From: Felis catus
Taxonomy: Eukaryota
Assembly: GCF_018350175.1 (NCBI RefSeq)
Contig: NC_058368.1
Coordinates: 53,756,001-53,820,000, forward strand
Direction of reading: 5' to 3'
DNA length: 64,000 bases
Every line of letters starts with the position of its first letter. Position 1 is the first letter of the stretch. Both the position numbers and the translations under genes were made by a program. The notes below the pieces were generated by a model. The model saw nothing but the letters and a program-made list of their open reading frames with translations. It was not told where the DNA came from and ran no database searches. Positions 48,511 through 62,384 of this stretch are shown piece after piece.

Positions 48511-51049
48511 GGTTACTTGCCTTAGCGTGATGAACTATATTTTGAACCAACAACCTGTAGAGTTAAGGATTTTGAAGATATTTTTTAAAAATCAGTAAAA
48601 AATCTGGGAAGTAATGGAATAATAAGTAGTATATAATGTTTATAAAGCAATTATGGCAGGGCTGACTACATAATACATATTCAATAGGTGATAAGTGTTA
48701 TCATTTAATATTGTTTTAGAAGTAAAGTTGAAACAAAAATGATAATTTTAGGAAGGAAAGAAATATACTTCTATTATATATCATTTGTACATATTTGGCT
48801 CATTGCAGAACAGTAAAGAATCAACTGAAAAACTATTGTTAGTAGAAACTATAATTATTGGAAAAATTCAGTGAAGTGACTTGGCACAAGATAAAGACAT
48901 TTAATAACTATCTTATGCACCAGCAATAACCGTCTGTATAAATACACCAGAAAAAGAAATCGTGAGTAGAATGAAACAGCATAATATATCCAGGAATAAA
49001 ATAAGTGTCCAATAATAGAGAAATGAAAAAGTAATTTATGGTTAATGTACATGATAGAATATTATGCGAGTATTTATAATTGCGTTTTCAGGAGAATTTG
49101 TGATGAGTCAGGTATCTACAATAGAGTTAAGTAAAAATTTGAGATGCCAAATTATACAGTAAGGAAATTCAAAACTGGGTGGAAACTATGCAAATAAAAA
49201 GCCGTAAAATTAATCCACTTGATACTTAGGTTAAAGCAGCTGAAGAATTAAACCTCTCATTTGCTGTAGATCAAGGAACAAATCCCTATCATGAAAGATA
49301 AGGACATTGGTTCTTTGTGTATTCAGTGAGGGTTTTTGATGTGAACTGACATGAGCCAATCTGGCCATTCATAATTGTCAGCTTTTTTTCTGTGGATTTC
49401 AGGCAGTCTGACTAGAGGGAGATGGAAGGTTAAGTTTGAGATGCTTATTAAACATACAAAAGGAGATATCAAATATGTTGTTGTGCAAAGACAAAACAAA
49501 CGTGTACAATAGCAGCCTTCCAAAGGAAAATTTGTGTGCCGGAGGGTGAAATTGAAAGTTTTTCCCCAAGTACATGCACAACTTTGGCTGTTTGCAATCT
49601 CTTGTTGAGGAGGTTGAGCAGAAGTGGAAATCTGCTGTAGGGTGCATTCGATCATAAAATTGTCCCTCACACGGACTTGGCCCTTGAGGCTCTGCTGGAG
49701 AACCCTCCTAACAGGGCAATGCAACTTGACACCACCCCCCAAAGGCTGAACTGTGCCTTGAGTCCCTGCATCAGCCCAAGTAAAAGGTTCTCAGTTTTCC
49801 TTCCTTTACGCTCGTCACTTCTGCTAAACTTCTATGTAAATATACTCTCTGTAAAGTTAAGAGTGTCCACATGCAAGTGCTGCCAGAAAGAATGAAGACT
49901 TCGAAAGCTTAGAACAGAAAGGGAATTACTAAACCATTAAGTTCAATTAACAAGTGAAAAATGAACTAAGTTGTTCCAGAGTGATTTTTAATTCTGTCAA
50001 ATAAAGAGGAACCAGACTGCAGGGTAAACTCTTATTTATTAGTTTTGGTTAATGAGTTTTTCCATAAGCAGAATTTCTTAAATTTTATTGAATCAATAAA
50101 GTCACCATTTGGAAATCTGGTTTTTCCCACCAGAGTAGGATTTTAATTAAGCATCCAGCAAACACCCAAGTGCTGTAAAGTGAGTCCATGGAGGTGTGCT
50201 GGTCCACAGGTTATATTATAGGGCTGGTACACAGGGTTGCAGAAGTCCTTCATTTGAATGTAATCTCTACCACGTACGTCTTGGACGTTAATTTTTGTCT
50301 TCAGGATGATGGTATTTTCCTTGTATTTATTACCAAAGAACCATTGTAAAAATAGTGATGTCAGGGCTTCTCATTGAAAGAGAACCATATCCTTTCTTCT
50401 AGCCTCGGAGCAGAAAGAGCATTATTTATCACTATATGGAGCATCTTGAACTTGTCCTAAGAACTACTGAGTCAAGGGTGTGACCATCCCTTTAGAGTAC
50501 AGATAGCTTTGCTGTGTTTCATGGTCACAGGACACATCCTGCCCTAGTCAGTTGCTCTATGAACACCTGCCTTTATTTATGAGAGTGTCCATGGAGAAAA
50601 GGGCATAAATCTGTCCCCCAAACTTGAAAGCAGCATGAAGTATATGCGTTGCAGATAATCTGTTGGTCAATACCTCCTTATTTCAGAAGTTACAGTAGAA
50701 AAGAAAATTCCTATATTGTGGCCCCAAGTCCTCACATTTCGGTTTGCATTGTGTGTTTTTAAAGATAAAAGAAGTTGGTCCTTGGAGATTGCTGACTTAC
50801 TCCTCAGAGAATGCCTCGCTTAGGTAAAAGGCTTCTCCACGGGTTCTTTGTTAAAGTTGTGTGATGCAATATAACAGCCATATACTGGGGATTGGAAGAA
50901 TTGGATTTCAGTTCCACTCTCCAGACTCTGTATTTAGCTACCAAATGGACAGCTTTGCGTGAATCAGAGCGCCTTAAGCCAGATACATCAAGAAAACAAG
51001 TGTACCCTTCCCTCTTCAAAAACTCTGTGGTTCTACTTCATAAACGATT

Positions 51050-51115
51050 CCCAAGGATAGATTCAGGTTTTGTGGGGCCAGAGCTTATAAAATTTAGGGA
51101 CCCTCTTAGAAATTT
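51050..51115 (+). mobile_element. MER53-like hAT fragment
   Basis: gattcaggttttgtggggccagagcttataaaattt...ccctctt. Confidence 0.6.
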
Positions 51116-54100
51116 ATTCCTAATTGTTGTCTGCTATATATACCATGCTAATTACAACATAACCTAGGGATGGTAGAGATGTCAGATTTGTTGCACTGCT
51201 CTAGAGAACTGTGCTTTTCTAGTGTTTTCTCTGGCCTAGTAAACCGGAGGACCACATCCCTCAGAAGATATGCCCCCGTGTGAGTGGACAGTCAGGCATG
51301 GCTGCAGATAGATAGCATTATCTAGAGGCGACAACAGCCTTGTTGCTACTGCCTTGCTTTTTTCCACTTTGAGGTATTTGTCACAAAAGCTTGTGCGTCC
51401 TGCATTAGGCTTATGCCTTAGTCACAGAGATCTGGCTAGCTGTTTGTAGCCTGCAAGCACATTCTCCATCCTTTGGTAAGTCCTGGCAAGAAGCCAGGTG
51501 GCCTAGTTATCCTCACAGGCACATGAGAAGCTTCTCTGCTACTCAGTCAACCTCGTCTATTAATACTTCAGAGTCTAATCCAGAAAGTCAAGTCAAGTTG
51601 AGAGCTCTGTGTTGGCCTCCGCACTACACTCCGACATCCCACTGGAGATGTGTTCCAGGTGAAATGGCAGTCTCTGGGAACCCTATCCTGTTATGTGTAT
51701 TTTTTCTCTGAAAAGAGTGATCTTTGATTTTACATTAAAACAAGTAGTCACTTAAGTGTTGTCAGAATAACTTTGCCTGCAGATTCTCCCACAGATACTT
51801 CCCACTGCTATTTTTTTTTTTATTCTAGAGAGAAAAGGAACTGGAAAAAAAATCCAAATTATTAGAAAGAAAATAGCAAATATCCCGAACCAGATATTAG
51901 TTTCTTATGGGTCTGTCCTTCTTTCCGTGAATAGCAGTTTTATGTTTTTGAGGGCACAGGCTTAGAACTTTCTCTGTAGTCCGTTTTCTTTTTTTCCTTC
52001 CAACTCTTAATACTAATGCTTGTGTCACTGGTTGCTTTTCCAATTTGCTTTTCAAACTGGTTTCTTATCCTTGGGGTTCCTTTCTTGGACTCAGAGCATA
52101 GGAATAATAAAAGTTTTGGAGGGGAGAAGATCAGGGGAAAAGGTAAAATATTTAAATTATAAGTAGTATAGCTATTAGTTTTGGAATGGCCTTAAGCAGT
52201 GGGAAATAAGACAACATGTACATATATGTCACTATCATTCATTGAACCAACTTATTAAAATAAGAACAATGAAAAGGCCTGGCCTCGTAAAGATCTGCGG
52301 CACTGAGGCTTTCTATACTGGCAATTTGAAATGATCCCTGCTGTCTCTGGAACTGCAAAGCACCAATCGATAAACTGAGAAGCTCTTCATACTCACAGCG
52401 TGAGCACCCCAGTGACTGCGGACAACCACTGTCTGCAGCTTTGCCTGTGGGATATTCTGTTAAAGGTCAAGTCCATAAAGTGGAAACATGGCTGGTATGA
52501 AAATAAATTTCCGAAAATAATTTCTGTCACTCTAAAAAAGAAACCATGAATTCCATGCTTTGGAGCCTTTCTAATTCCGTTGGCCACTGCGACTTTCTGT
52601 CTCTCCCTTGATGTGACGCTTTCTGTTCTCACACCCCACTGGTTTTGTTCCCTCATGAAAACACTTTCTTCAGCTCATCTTATGATTACCTAACATTAAA
52701 CAACCAGGCTTGTATGCACTTTGGGATTTCATGATTTCTCTCCTCTAGATTTCTCACACCTAGAACACAAGATGGACAGATCCATCGTGGTTATCGGTGC
52801 TTCATTTTTCAGAGAACTGTTTGGATTATTTTCTAATAGTCTCAAAAAAGTTCTTACCACTGTGTTTTCCTACGTTATGAAGACACTTAAAACTAAGGAA
52901 GAATATTGAGTTTTTCTTTGTTGTTATCAGGCTCTCCAGGCTTCTGCTGAGTTTTCTGAGTTGAGTTACTCTTTGATTTGTGAGCAAAAGTTTAAAAGGC
53001 TAAAAAGGGGGAAATTGGTTCAATATTTCAGGCACAATGAAACATTTCTTTTGTCACTTTATTTCCCTGCTCTATTAATTTGTGGTTACTCACCTTCTCC
53101 TGGGAGATCCCCAGGGAACCCCAAATCTGACTCTCTATGATCTGGCACATGAACCCAAACATTTCTCCCAGTAAATTACATCTTGTGCGTAATAAAACAA
53201 AATTGCCTTTTTTGGAGCATAGAAGAATGTTTCAGGCCCCAGTTGGCCACATGTAGGTTTGTTGCTCACATGCATCCTGACGATGAGGCTCTCTGTGGCC
53301 TGTGCTGGTCTGGGAAGAAGAACGTAGGGTTCCCTCACTGGAGTGAACAATGCTGGAATGTTTTTTCCCTGTCCATTCACTTAAACAATGTGCCATTCTG
53401 TACCTCATAAGCACTTGATTTATTCCAACTCTTTGGCCTGACCTGTAATCCCCCTCTCCTTACCCATCTGACCCATCTGTGTTTCATTTCCCACTCATCA
53501 GCATCCAGAGAGCTAGGCCCAGACCCTGTTTGGAACCATTAGACAGAGATTGGCACTCTTCCCTCTGCCTGCACCACATCCTCCCCTGGAAAAAAAATGA
53601 CCATCAGATCAGAGAACAGAGCCTGCTTTGTCCCCTGCAACGGGGATCTGGAAGCATTTTCAATCATTTGCACTCTATACCCACTCAAACGCATTAATGT
53701 GATCAACATTGGGCCTGTTGTGGGCATTTTTTCCAGCAAATAGCTTGCTAACATTCCAGGCATGTACTCCCCTGAAAACAAGACTGAGACAGGGCCCTGA
53801 ATATTCAATTGGAAAATCACCAAGAGCAAAAGCTTAGCTTGGCACGCCTGGTGTTGATTCTTAATAAGTGACTTCCTAAAGCTGAGGCATGGGGCTTACA
53901 GCGTCAATGACTTGTTTGAAAAATATTTTGTAGGTGCCTCATACCACTCTATTTCCTGTGGTATGCGTCATATTGTGAGCTATTCCAAGCCAGCCTGGTT
54001 AAGCACGCTAACTTTTTTCCCCCCAAGATTGTGGTGTTTAACTAAAAATGTCTTTATACAAGATGAGCTCATAGCTATTAGTGCTGATGTAGTTTTAACT

Positions 54101-54639
54101 GCTTGGATACCAAGTGCAGTTGGTTGAAAATGTGCCGAAAAAAGGCAAATCTGAGCAAAAACATATCTCACCCTGCCTAAACTGGCGGACGGCAGTCCCA
54201 GTGACAGTATTTCTTCAGGGGGAAAAAGTTCCAGATTTAAGGACAATGCGTACCTTTCAGTTTCATTAAAAAGACTTACTGTTCTTAGTGTATTACCAAA
54301 GTCAAGGTGCTGAAGACATCTGGAACATTGGAATAAAATTAACCCTTTTTATTGCTTCAGGTACTTTGTAAAACTCACCGAAAAACAGAGGTAATGCAAT
54401 TGGAGAAAACAAGTGTATCTTTTTGACAGAAGTTCCTAAAAGGAAACAAGAAATCCAAAGACCTCAAATTCTGCCTCCGAGGTTAAAATATTTATGAGTA
54501 GGACTTGTGGAAGGGATCAAATGAGATAAGGGATGCAAGATACCTTGACAAACATTTGGAATTCTAGAGATAGGGGAGGAAACCAATACTGATACGTGCC
54601 TTCCACGGTGCAGTGCACCGCTTTCGGCACTTCAACGTA

Positions 54640-54800
54640 CTAGGAAGAGTGTTCCTCACGGCACTTATGACATAGGTATTATTTTTATTTTGCAAGCAAG
54701 GAAAGAGAACCCCGGAGAGATTCAGTAAACTTCCCAAGGTCACACAGCTGATTAACTACAGAGGCAGGATTTGACTCTAGGTTCGCGTGAACACCAAGCT
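54640..54800 (-). mobile_element. MIR SINE
   Basis: aggtattatttttattttgc...agtaaacttcccaaggtcacacagctg...agaggcaggatttga. Confidence 0.75.
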
Positions 54801-57800
54801 TATGTTCTGCCCCTGACGTCGCTTGCTGCTCACAGATCCAAATCGTTGCATCTTATTATGGTTGTAATTTTCTACTTGTTCAAAGGATGTGTCTTTGCCA
54901 TGGCGTGAAGGGCTAGAACAGGAGATGAATGTCAATTTATGTCCTATCCTCCCTTGCCTTCCTCCAGTAAATGGGTTACAGACAGTGTCTAGTTTGGGGC
55001 CCGTACCCAATGGGTGACCAGTAGCTATTAAGTGATTAGACATTGTACATGCCATCTCTGAGTGATTTGTGTTTCTACAATAGGGCCTTTTATAACACAG
55101 AAGAGAAGGATTGAGACGCTGGACACTGCCTGGGCTGTGTTTGCCTCTCGGGGCAAATAATTTTCCTTGGTGCCAGGAGCAGCTGTGACGTGGTTGCTCT
55201 GCCCTTGTGTGGCCTGGGGCTTTGAGCTCCTGAGCGAGGGCCCGATCGCCTCTGCGATAAAGCGGGAGCGTGGCAAGGTGGCGCCGGGAATGCCAAATTG
55301 AGGGTCAGGAGGAGGCAACCACAGATATTCCTATTTCTAGGTCATTGAGGGGGCCAGAGAATCGCTATAGGAAACGACCAAGGCTTTCTGGGGCAAGAGC
55401 TATTGGACAGGTGCACTGTATGGTACTATTAAGGCACGGAAGACCCTCTATCCTCCTCCACATTTAGGAAGACTCACACTGAGGCTCTTCCCACGAAGTG
55501 GGAAAAGGGGCTTCTGTGTTGGGTATCACCTGCACGTGTTTGACTTTGTCAGGTTTTCAGGCTACGGAATTCTGCACGAGGACTGAATCGTTGGTCCTTT
55601 ATGACCTTATACTTAGTGTGTTATCTAAAGGAAGTAACTTGTTTCTTGGTTGAGATTTACAAGCCGGACACGTTTCTTTTTCACAGCATGGTTTTCAAAA
55701 ATTATAAAATTTAAAAAAAAATTCTGTGACTCCCTCACCCCCACTCTTTATATTTTAATAAGTTTGCAAACCTATCAGTTCAAAATGCCTAGCTGAATGA
55801 CAACTGGGAGACTGGCCTCTGTTCTCAAGTTGTAAGTGGTTCACATTTTCTACCTGAGGCATTAGAAGAAAGTTTCCTTCAAGTGAGTAAAAACATTCAC
55901 TTATTATTTTGAAGGAATTCTGACTTCAGAAGTTTATTACCACTGAAGAGTGACATTTGGTGCAAAACCATGTAAATATGTTGCTAAACTGATAAAAGTT
56001 TCACAGTTTTTAGAAATATGTACATTCTTTTATTCTTGCAATTTAAAGTCTGCATTGGAACCACTTAGTGGAATGGCAACATTAGGAAAGGCAGGCAGAT
56101 TTTTTTAATGAAAGCAGGTGACATGGAGACCAGTCAGAAATCAGTTCAAGGTAGGCCTTTTGTAATTGCATCAAAAGTCAGTTTTTTTACACCAAATACT
56201 CTTGTGTCATTATCCTATTTCTTACAAGTCGATTTGCTCTCTCTCATTAGAGAGACTTTCACCCTTAGCAAAGTAATGGGAAGAAAACGTAAGATAATGT
56301 CAAAAAACTAACTTTGCATGATTCACCATGGTGTTAAAGAGAAAATTTGGAAATGTTGGCTAGGAACAGCCGAAGTCTTTGACTCATGACGTTCGAGCTG
56401 ATTTGAGTTTTCCTGAAGCCAGCTCCATCACGGGCTTTCATGTTTACCGTGGCCATAAATTCCCCAGGGCTCTAAAGTATGGACTACGTCTGAAAGAAGG
56501 GAATAGGATGCTGGGATTTTTCTCTTCAGGTTACATGCACCCCTTCGAGTAAAGTTCCATGCAACTTTCCTTCTCAGAGCCATGCACACAAAATTTCAGG
56601 AAACAGCAGGTCTTAATTAGGCCTTCAGTTTATAGTTTCACCTGAAAAAATACATTTAAAAAAATCATATATGTTTGGCTGTCGAGATTTTTCAAGTCAA
56701 TAAATTCTTGCTAATTAATCACATTAACGGTGCTCCTTAAAAGTTGAAACAGAATCAGAAAACAAACCAAATTCCCCATAAATATCCAACATAAAGGCCT
56801 ATTCACTGATGCATTTTCGGTTTCTAAGAATTTTACAAGTGCTTTTTTCTCCCTGTCAGGACACACACGCACATACACACTATATCGCTCTCTGCAGTCC
56901 GGTCACATTATCTGCATAGGAAAACAATTCTGGTGACAAATTTTAGTACTTCAGAATGATGTCACTGTTGGTACCTGTATGAGTTTTAAAAAATTAGAGC
57001 ACCCAAACCGTCAACAGCAACATGTCACCTCCTCTTTGGGCCCCTACAAATGGAGAAATGAATGATAGGGGGTGAAGAGAAGAGGGTGAACTGGGAAGAC
57101 AAGCTAAGGGGCCAAATGGACTTCCGCCTGTTTGTCCGCCATTGCCTTCTTCAGAAGGACCTTAATCCTTGGCATAAATGTGCCCCACTCATATCCTAGT
57201 TGATGCTTTGGTCTGCTTTGGCGCATAATGTACAAAAGCAGATTGCTGAAATCCCCTTTGGAAACACCAAAAAGTAGATCTAAAACTCCCACCTCTCTCT
57301 GTGGTATGCTTCCTGACAATAGTGCTGCTGTTGCTCATTAAGAAAATAACCTTTCAAACTCATAAACTTTAAGCTCCCAAATTTCTTTGACGTGTGTTTA
57401 TCCAAATGCTGTAATTGAATGAAATGCTGTATATGAAAACGCTGGTGTGCTGCAATTTAAAATCTTGTTACTTCTCGGTATGTCATGCTTAGCCATTTCT
57501 CCAATAGGATCCCTGAATGAGGGAGTCAGTTACTGTTCTCAACAAGTAATGAGTTTTAAATCAGCAAAATGGGAGAATTCCACATTCGGGGCGATAGGTT
57601 TTCATATCTTTTAAACCTTTCGTATAGTATTATTAGGAGGAGGAAATGGCTAATACTGATTTCTGTCAGTACCCCTCCCACAACCACAGATGGTTGACCA
57701 TCATAGCAACACAGCGTTTTATAAGATCCCTTTTCGGAGATTTTAGTATTAGAGATTTGAGCTGATTTTATGCTGCATACACAAAGACAAAACTGACAAT

Positions 57801-57829
57801 ATAAAGTAGCAACATTAACATTAACATAC

Positions 57830-58234
57830 CTAAGGGAGGTATGTTCCAAGACCCTCAGTGGGTGTCTGAAAATACAGATAGTACTAAAGCTTGGACATAC
57901 CTAATATAAAGCTTAGCTTATAAATTAGGCATAGTAAGAGATTAACAACAATAACTATAAATAGTTATAATCACAGCAATACACTGTAATAAAAGTTACA
58001 CGAATGCGGTCTCTCTCAAAATATCTTATTGTACTGCATCTCTTATAGTACTTATTATTCTCATGATGATGTGACATGATAAAATGCCTAGGCGGTGAGA
58101 TGAAATACATAAGCATATGTATTTGAAATACGTAAGCATATGTCAAGAAGAGAATCACCTGCTTCTGGACTGTGGTTGGCCATGCGTAACTGAAAACAGG
58201 GAAAATGAAACCATGGATGAGAAGAATCTGCTGT
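57830..58234. mobile_element. MER44/Tigger7-like TcMar DNA transposon
   Basis: tatgttccaagaccctcagtgg...taaattaggcatagtaagagattaacaacaataac...aaaatatcttattgtactg...gtaactgaaa...gaaaccatggat. Confidence 0.8.
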
Positions 58235-59769
58235 GTTTTAATTTCAAATACTTGCATTTGGATTTTTTTGAAGCTCAGTTCTTCCTTCGTGGGAAGAACC
58301 TGTCTCCCTTAGTTACATTTAAGTCTTCTGTTCTAGGCTCTGTATTGCCAGCCATTAAGGAAGAGTTGGTAAAAAGCCATATGTGATGTTGAAGAATAGT
58401 GGGCTTGGCCCCAGCTAAGCTTTTAACCCATTGTTTAACTTGGGCAAAATATTTCATCTCAGTTCCTTTACCAGTAAATCAAGGAAATTCAATCATTGAT
58501 TCAGTCAACGAACTTTTGGTGACTGTCAATTCTAGGCAAAACACTGGGTTATATGCAGTGGATGGAAAGATGCATAACAGAGTCTGGCTCTTGAGGGTCT
58601 TACTGTGTAGACAGACATGTAAAAGATTGCAGTGGTGATAATATCCACAGATATATTTCCCTTTTTGATCAGCAGGTTTGCTACTTTCTTATTCACTACA
58701 TGGAAAGAAGTAGGGGAGAAAGAAAATCTCTTGTAAACAAGCTCATGAAGAAGTAAGGGTTCTTTGTTTACCCAATTTTTCATCGAAACTCAAGATGAGG
58801 AATGGAGGCAGAAAAAAAAAGAATGAGTTAGTTGTGAAACCAAAAGCAAAACGAGCTGTGTCCCATTTCCTTCCAGTGTGGGGTTCTGCATGGAGAAGGC
58901 CTGGCAAATTGTCCTTTGCCGACAAGGAGCAGCTGCAGCAAGTGTAGAAATGATGGCATGGCATGAGAGGCAGAGGTCTCAAGTGCACCTTTCGTTCCCC
59001 AGCACCTGGCAGTAGCACTGGAGGGATCTAAAATTTCCCACATGTTCCCATGGATACTGAAGGTTGAGAGGCAGCAGGACTGCGATGGGGCTGCAGCAGT
59101 GAGGGAAGAGGGGAGCCCCTACCGGAGGCTGAGCAGTGGACACTATCACCCAGGGTCAGATGGAGTCCAAGACCGAGACTCAGAAGATCCGAAGGGCAGA
59201 GAGAAATGAGGTCAGGCTGATGGCGGGGACTGAACTGCTGGATCGCAGCTGGACTGACAGAAGAAAATAGCATCGCGTCGGCCATCAAACTTCATGACCA
59301 GATGCAGAGAGGACAGAAACCTAAAGGGAGATAGAGAAAATTAATTTACCTCAGCCAAAGGCCAGCGAAAGGCAGAAAAGAAGCCTGGGGCTGGGTTAAT
59401 ACCAGGGCCTCTGCCATAACACAGTAAGGATAATAAGCCTCCCCCCGTGCTCACAAGTTATCTGGGAATGGAGCGCGGGAAACTGTCTCAGGTGAGATAA
59501 CCCGGGTAAGGAGTTACAACTTTACTTTGGCGAACTCTTTGCCAAAAATGGATTGAATTAGCTTAAAAGGGGATTGTTCGAAACTGGAAGAGATTGAGTC
59601 GTTCTGAATTGGCAGGTTGAGGTCTTCCCCACCCCAAGTCCATTACCATGTGGCCTCAGAACAAGATGCAGATCCAACATGGACAATACGTACATTTTTT
59701 GTGCATCTGTATTGTACATGATACAGATGTGTTCTCTTATGATAACATCACAATGGCTTTTAGGTGTTT

Positions 59770-59900
59770 TCTAGTTTTTCAGGCACTCTCCCACCCATTA
59801 TTTTATTTGCTCTTCTAGGTAAGTATGGGAGGTTGGCAGGGTGAGTTATTGCCTCCATTTTATAGGTGAGAAATCTGAAGCTCAGTGAGGTTGGCTTACA
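59770..59900 (-). mobile_element. MIR SINE
   Basis: ccattttataggtgagaaatctgaagctcagtgaggtt, antisense MIR core. Confidence 0.75.
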
Positions 59901-60489
59901 CCGCTTTATCCGTAAAGTGGAGACAAGAGTACTTACCCAGCCAAAGTCTCAGGATTTTTGTAGGGATCAAATAGGAATGGGGAATATATAGGCAGATATG
60001 ATTTGCTGTAACCCTAAAAACATGTAAAAGCAGATGAAGCAGGATGAGAGTGTAACCAAAATGACCAAGATACATATAATGCTGTCAGACTGCAGAGGTG
60101 TTTCACCTTGTGGGCAGATTCCTATAAAGATTTCCATAAATCCGTTTATGCATGAAATGCTCTGGTGAACCTCATGTTAAATGAATACTGGAGTACTACA
60201 CCTGGGTTCAAGGAATAAATCACTTTTTGTGTTTTTATAAAAAGAGCATGAGTTAGCACACCCGAATCAAGTTTTCACTTCAGTTTTCATACTCAGGAGT
60301 GTGAGTGTGATGGGGATATTAAATACATGTCTTCTGGAGATTCATATTTTCTAGCTATCTTAAATCTATAAAACATGTGGTAATTACATGCTTTTTAAAG
60401 AATGCAGTTTAATTCACATTCACAATGTCTGTAGAATAATACCGGTGTGCTCAATTAACCTAAGATTTGGATCATGGGCAGGTCAAGGC

Positions 60490-60980
60490 CACTCCAGGTA
60501 CTTCCACTCCTTAGCAATGAAGTGGCCTCCTCTCCTTGGCCCTCGTGGCCTTGTGCAGTCTGGTCTCTGCTGATGTCTCCAACCTGATCTCACACCTTTG
60601 GTTTTTCCGCTTACTGCAATGCTAGTCACAGGGCCTTCATGTAGCTTCTCGCTTTCCCGAGTGAGATTTGTGGATGTGATCTTCCCTCTGCGAGGAAGCT
60701 CTTCCCTTCTCTGGGTTTTTGGCTCCTTCTCGTGCATTAGGACCCTTCATCATTGCCTCCTCCCCAGTGCAGCCTTTGTGAATGATCCCATTTAAATACG
60801 GACCCATACTATTCTCTATTTTAGCACACTCTTATTGCACTTCGTATTTTGTAACTATCCCTTCAATTGGTTACTTTAGCATTCATCATCTCATCAAGCT
60901 ATAGGAGGGTAGACACGTTGTTTCACTCATCACTGCACAACTAGGCACTACCTGAGACATAGTAAATAACTGTTGAATTA
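60490..60980 (+). mobile_element. L2 LINE 3' region
   Basis: ctccaacctgatctc...cagggccttc...gtttcactcatcactgcac...cacta...agtaaataactgttgaatt. Confidence 0.65.
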
Positions 60981-60981
60981 A

Positions 60982-61170
60982 GGGGTAACCTGGGTGGCTC
61001 AGTCATTAAGTGCCCAACTCTTGATTTCGGCTCAGGTCATGAACTCATGGTGGTGAGAGCAAGCCCGGCTTTGGGCTGGGGGCTGACCCTTGGAGCCTAC
61101 TTGGGATTCTCTCTCCATCTCCCTCTCCCTCTCAAAATTAAAGTAAATAAACATTTTTAAAAATATGTAA
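60982..61170 (+). mobile_element. CAN-SINE, older subfamily
   Basis: ggggtaacctgggtggctcagtcattaagtg...actcttgatttcggctcaggtcatga. Confidence 0.93.
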
Positions 61171-61399
61171 ATAAATGAATAAACTAGGTATATAAAGCTC
61201 TTAACCAAGTGTGTGGCACATGACAAAAGTTTAATAAAAGCTGGCTATTTTTATATAGTATTGATGACCTCAAAATTATTGCTTAAGTTGTTTATAAATA
61301 TGGGGGAAAATATAAAGAATGTATTATAAAGGATGTAATAGGTTTTGACATTTTCTACATGATTTTTATACACACACACACATATTCTTAGACTGATTC

Positions 61400-62300
61400 A
61401 AATTCTTCATAATTTAAATTGCAAATCCCAAAATAGTAATGCAAGTGGACAATAAAGTTATGAAAAGATATTCAAACCAACTGAATATTAAATAAATAGA
61501 AATGGAAACAACACTGGGATATCATTTTTCCACTAGAAGATTGGCAAAGAAAGAAGAAATTAATGCTATTGTGTGTTGGCAAGCATGTGGCAAAAATGTA
61601 CCTTCCCATGGATTTTTCTGAAGGATAATGAGGCAAATATGTAACAGAGATTAAAATGTGTATTTCTATTATTCCAGCATTCCAACCCCCGGAAATTATA
61701 CCATGAAAAAATTTAGAGAAGATAAAAGATATTGAGAAGAATGTTTACTCTAGGATTTTTTACAATATAAAAAATTTGGAACTTACTCTATTATAAATAT
61801 TTCATTATGATGCAGAATATTTGGGAGTAAGCTTATTATATAAATAATTCTATATTTATAACTGCTGATGGGAATGTAAATTGGTACAACAAGCTTGGAA
61901 AACAATTTGACATTATCTTTAAAGTTAAATATGAACATGTCCTATATCCCAAGAATTCCAGTCTTTTGGTTTGAAAACCTTAGGAAGACTTAACACATCT
62001 GGGGTGCCTGGGTGGCTCAGTCAGTTAAGCAACTAACTCTTGGTTTCAGCTCTAGTCATAAGGTCACAATTCATGGGTTTGAACTAACCCACATTGGGCT
62101 CTGCACAGACAGTGCAGGACCTGCTTGGGATTCTCTCTTCCCATCTCGCTGCCTCTCTCTCACTCATGGGCACACGCATGCTCGCTCTCTCTCTCTCTCT
62201 CTCTCTCAAATAAACTTAAAAAAACCCCAAAAACTTACACATGAACCCTAAGAGGAATACACAAGAATTGTCCTAAATATTGTTCTTAATAAACAGTTTG
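61400..62300 (+). mobile_element. Old L1 (L1ME-like) ORF2 3' fragments, interrupted by a SINEC
   Basis: atgaaaagatattcaa...gatatcatttttccac...actgctgatgggaatgtaaattggtacaac...ttggaaaacaattt. Confidence 0.7.
62001..62232 (+). mobile_element. CAN-SINE
   Basis: ggggtgcctgggtggctcagtcagttaagc head; CT tract; degenerate TSD acttaacacat / acttacacat. Confidence 0.95.
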
Positions 62301-62384
62301 ACACATAGTATTTTCAATATCATTTAAAATATTTTTAATTTACGTTATTTTAACAGGGTTAACAACAGGATTTTGTTGTTTATT

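Noticed and set aside
8851..56386. Enrichment of AP-1 heptamers across the window
   Set aside because: About 8-9 TGASTCA copies seen, roughly the chance expectation for a 7-mer on two strands in 64 kb
59702..59731. Hairpin catctgtat...atacagatg as a pre-miRNA
   Set aside because: Only ~30 nt, too short for a pre-miRNA, and no known mature miRNA sequence recognised
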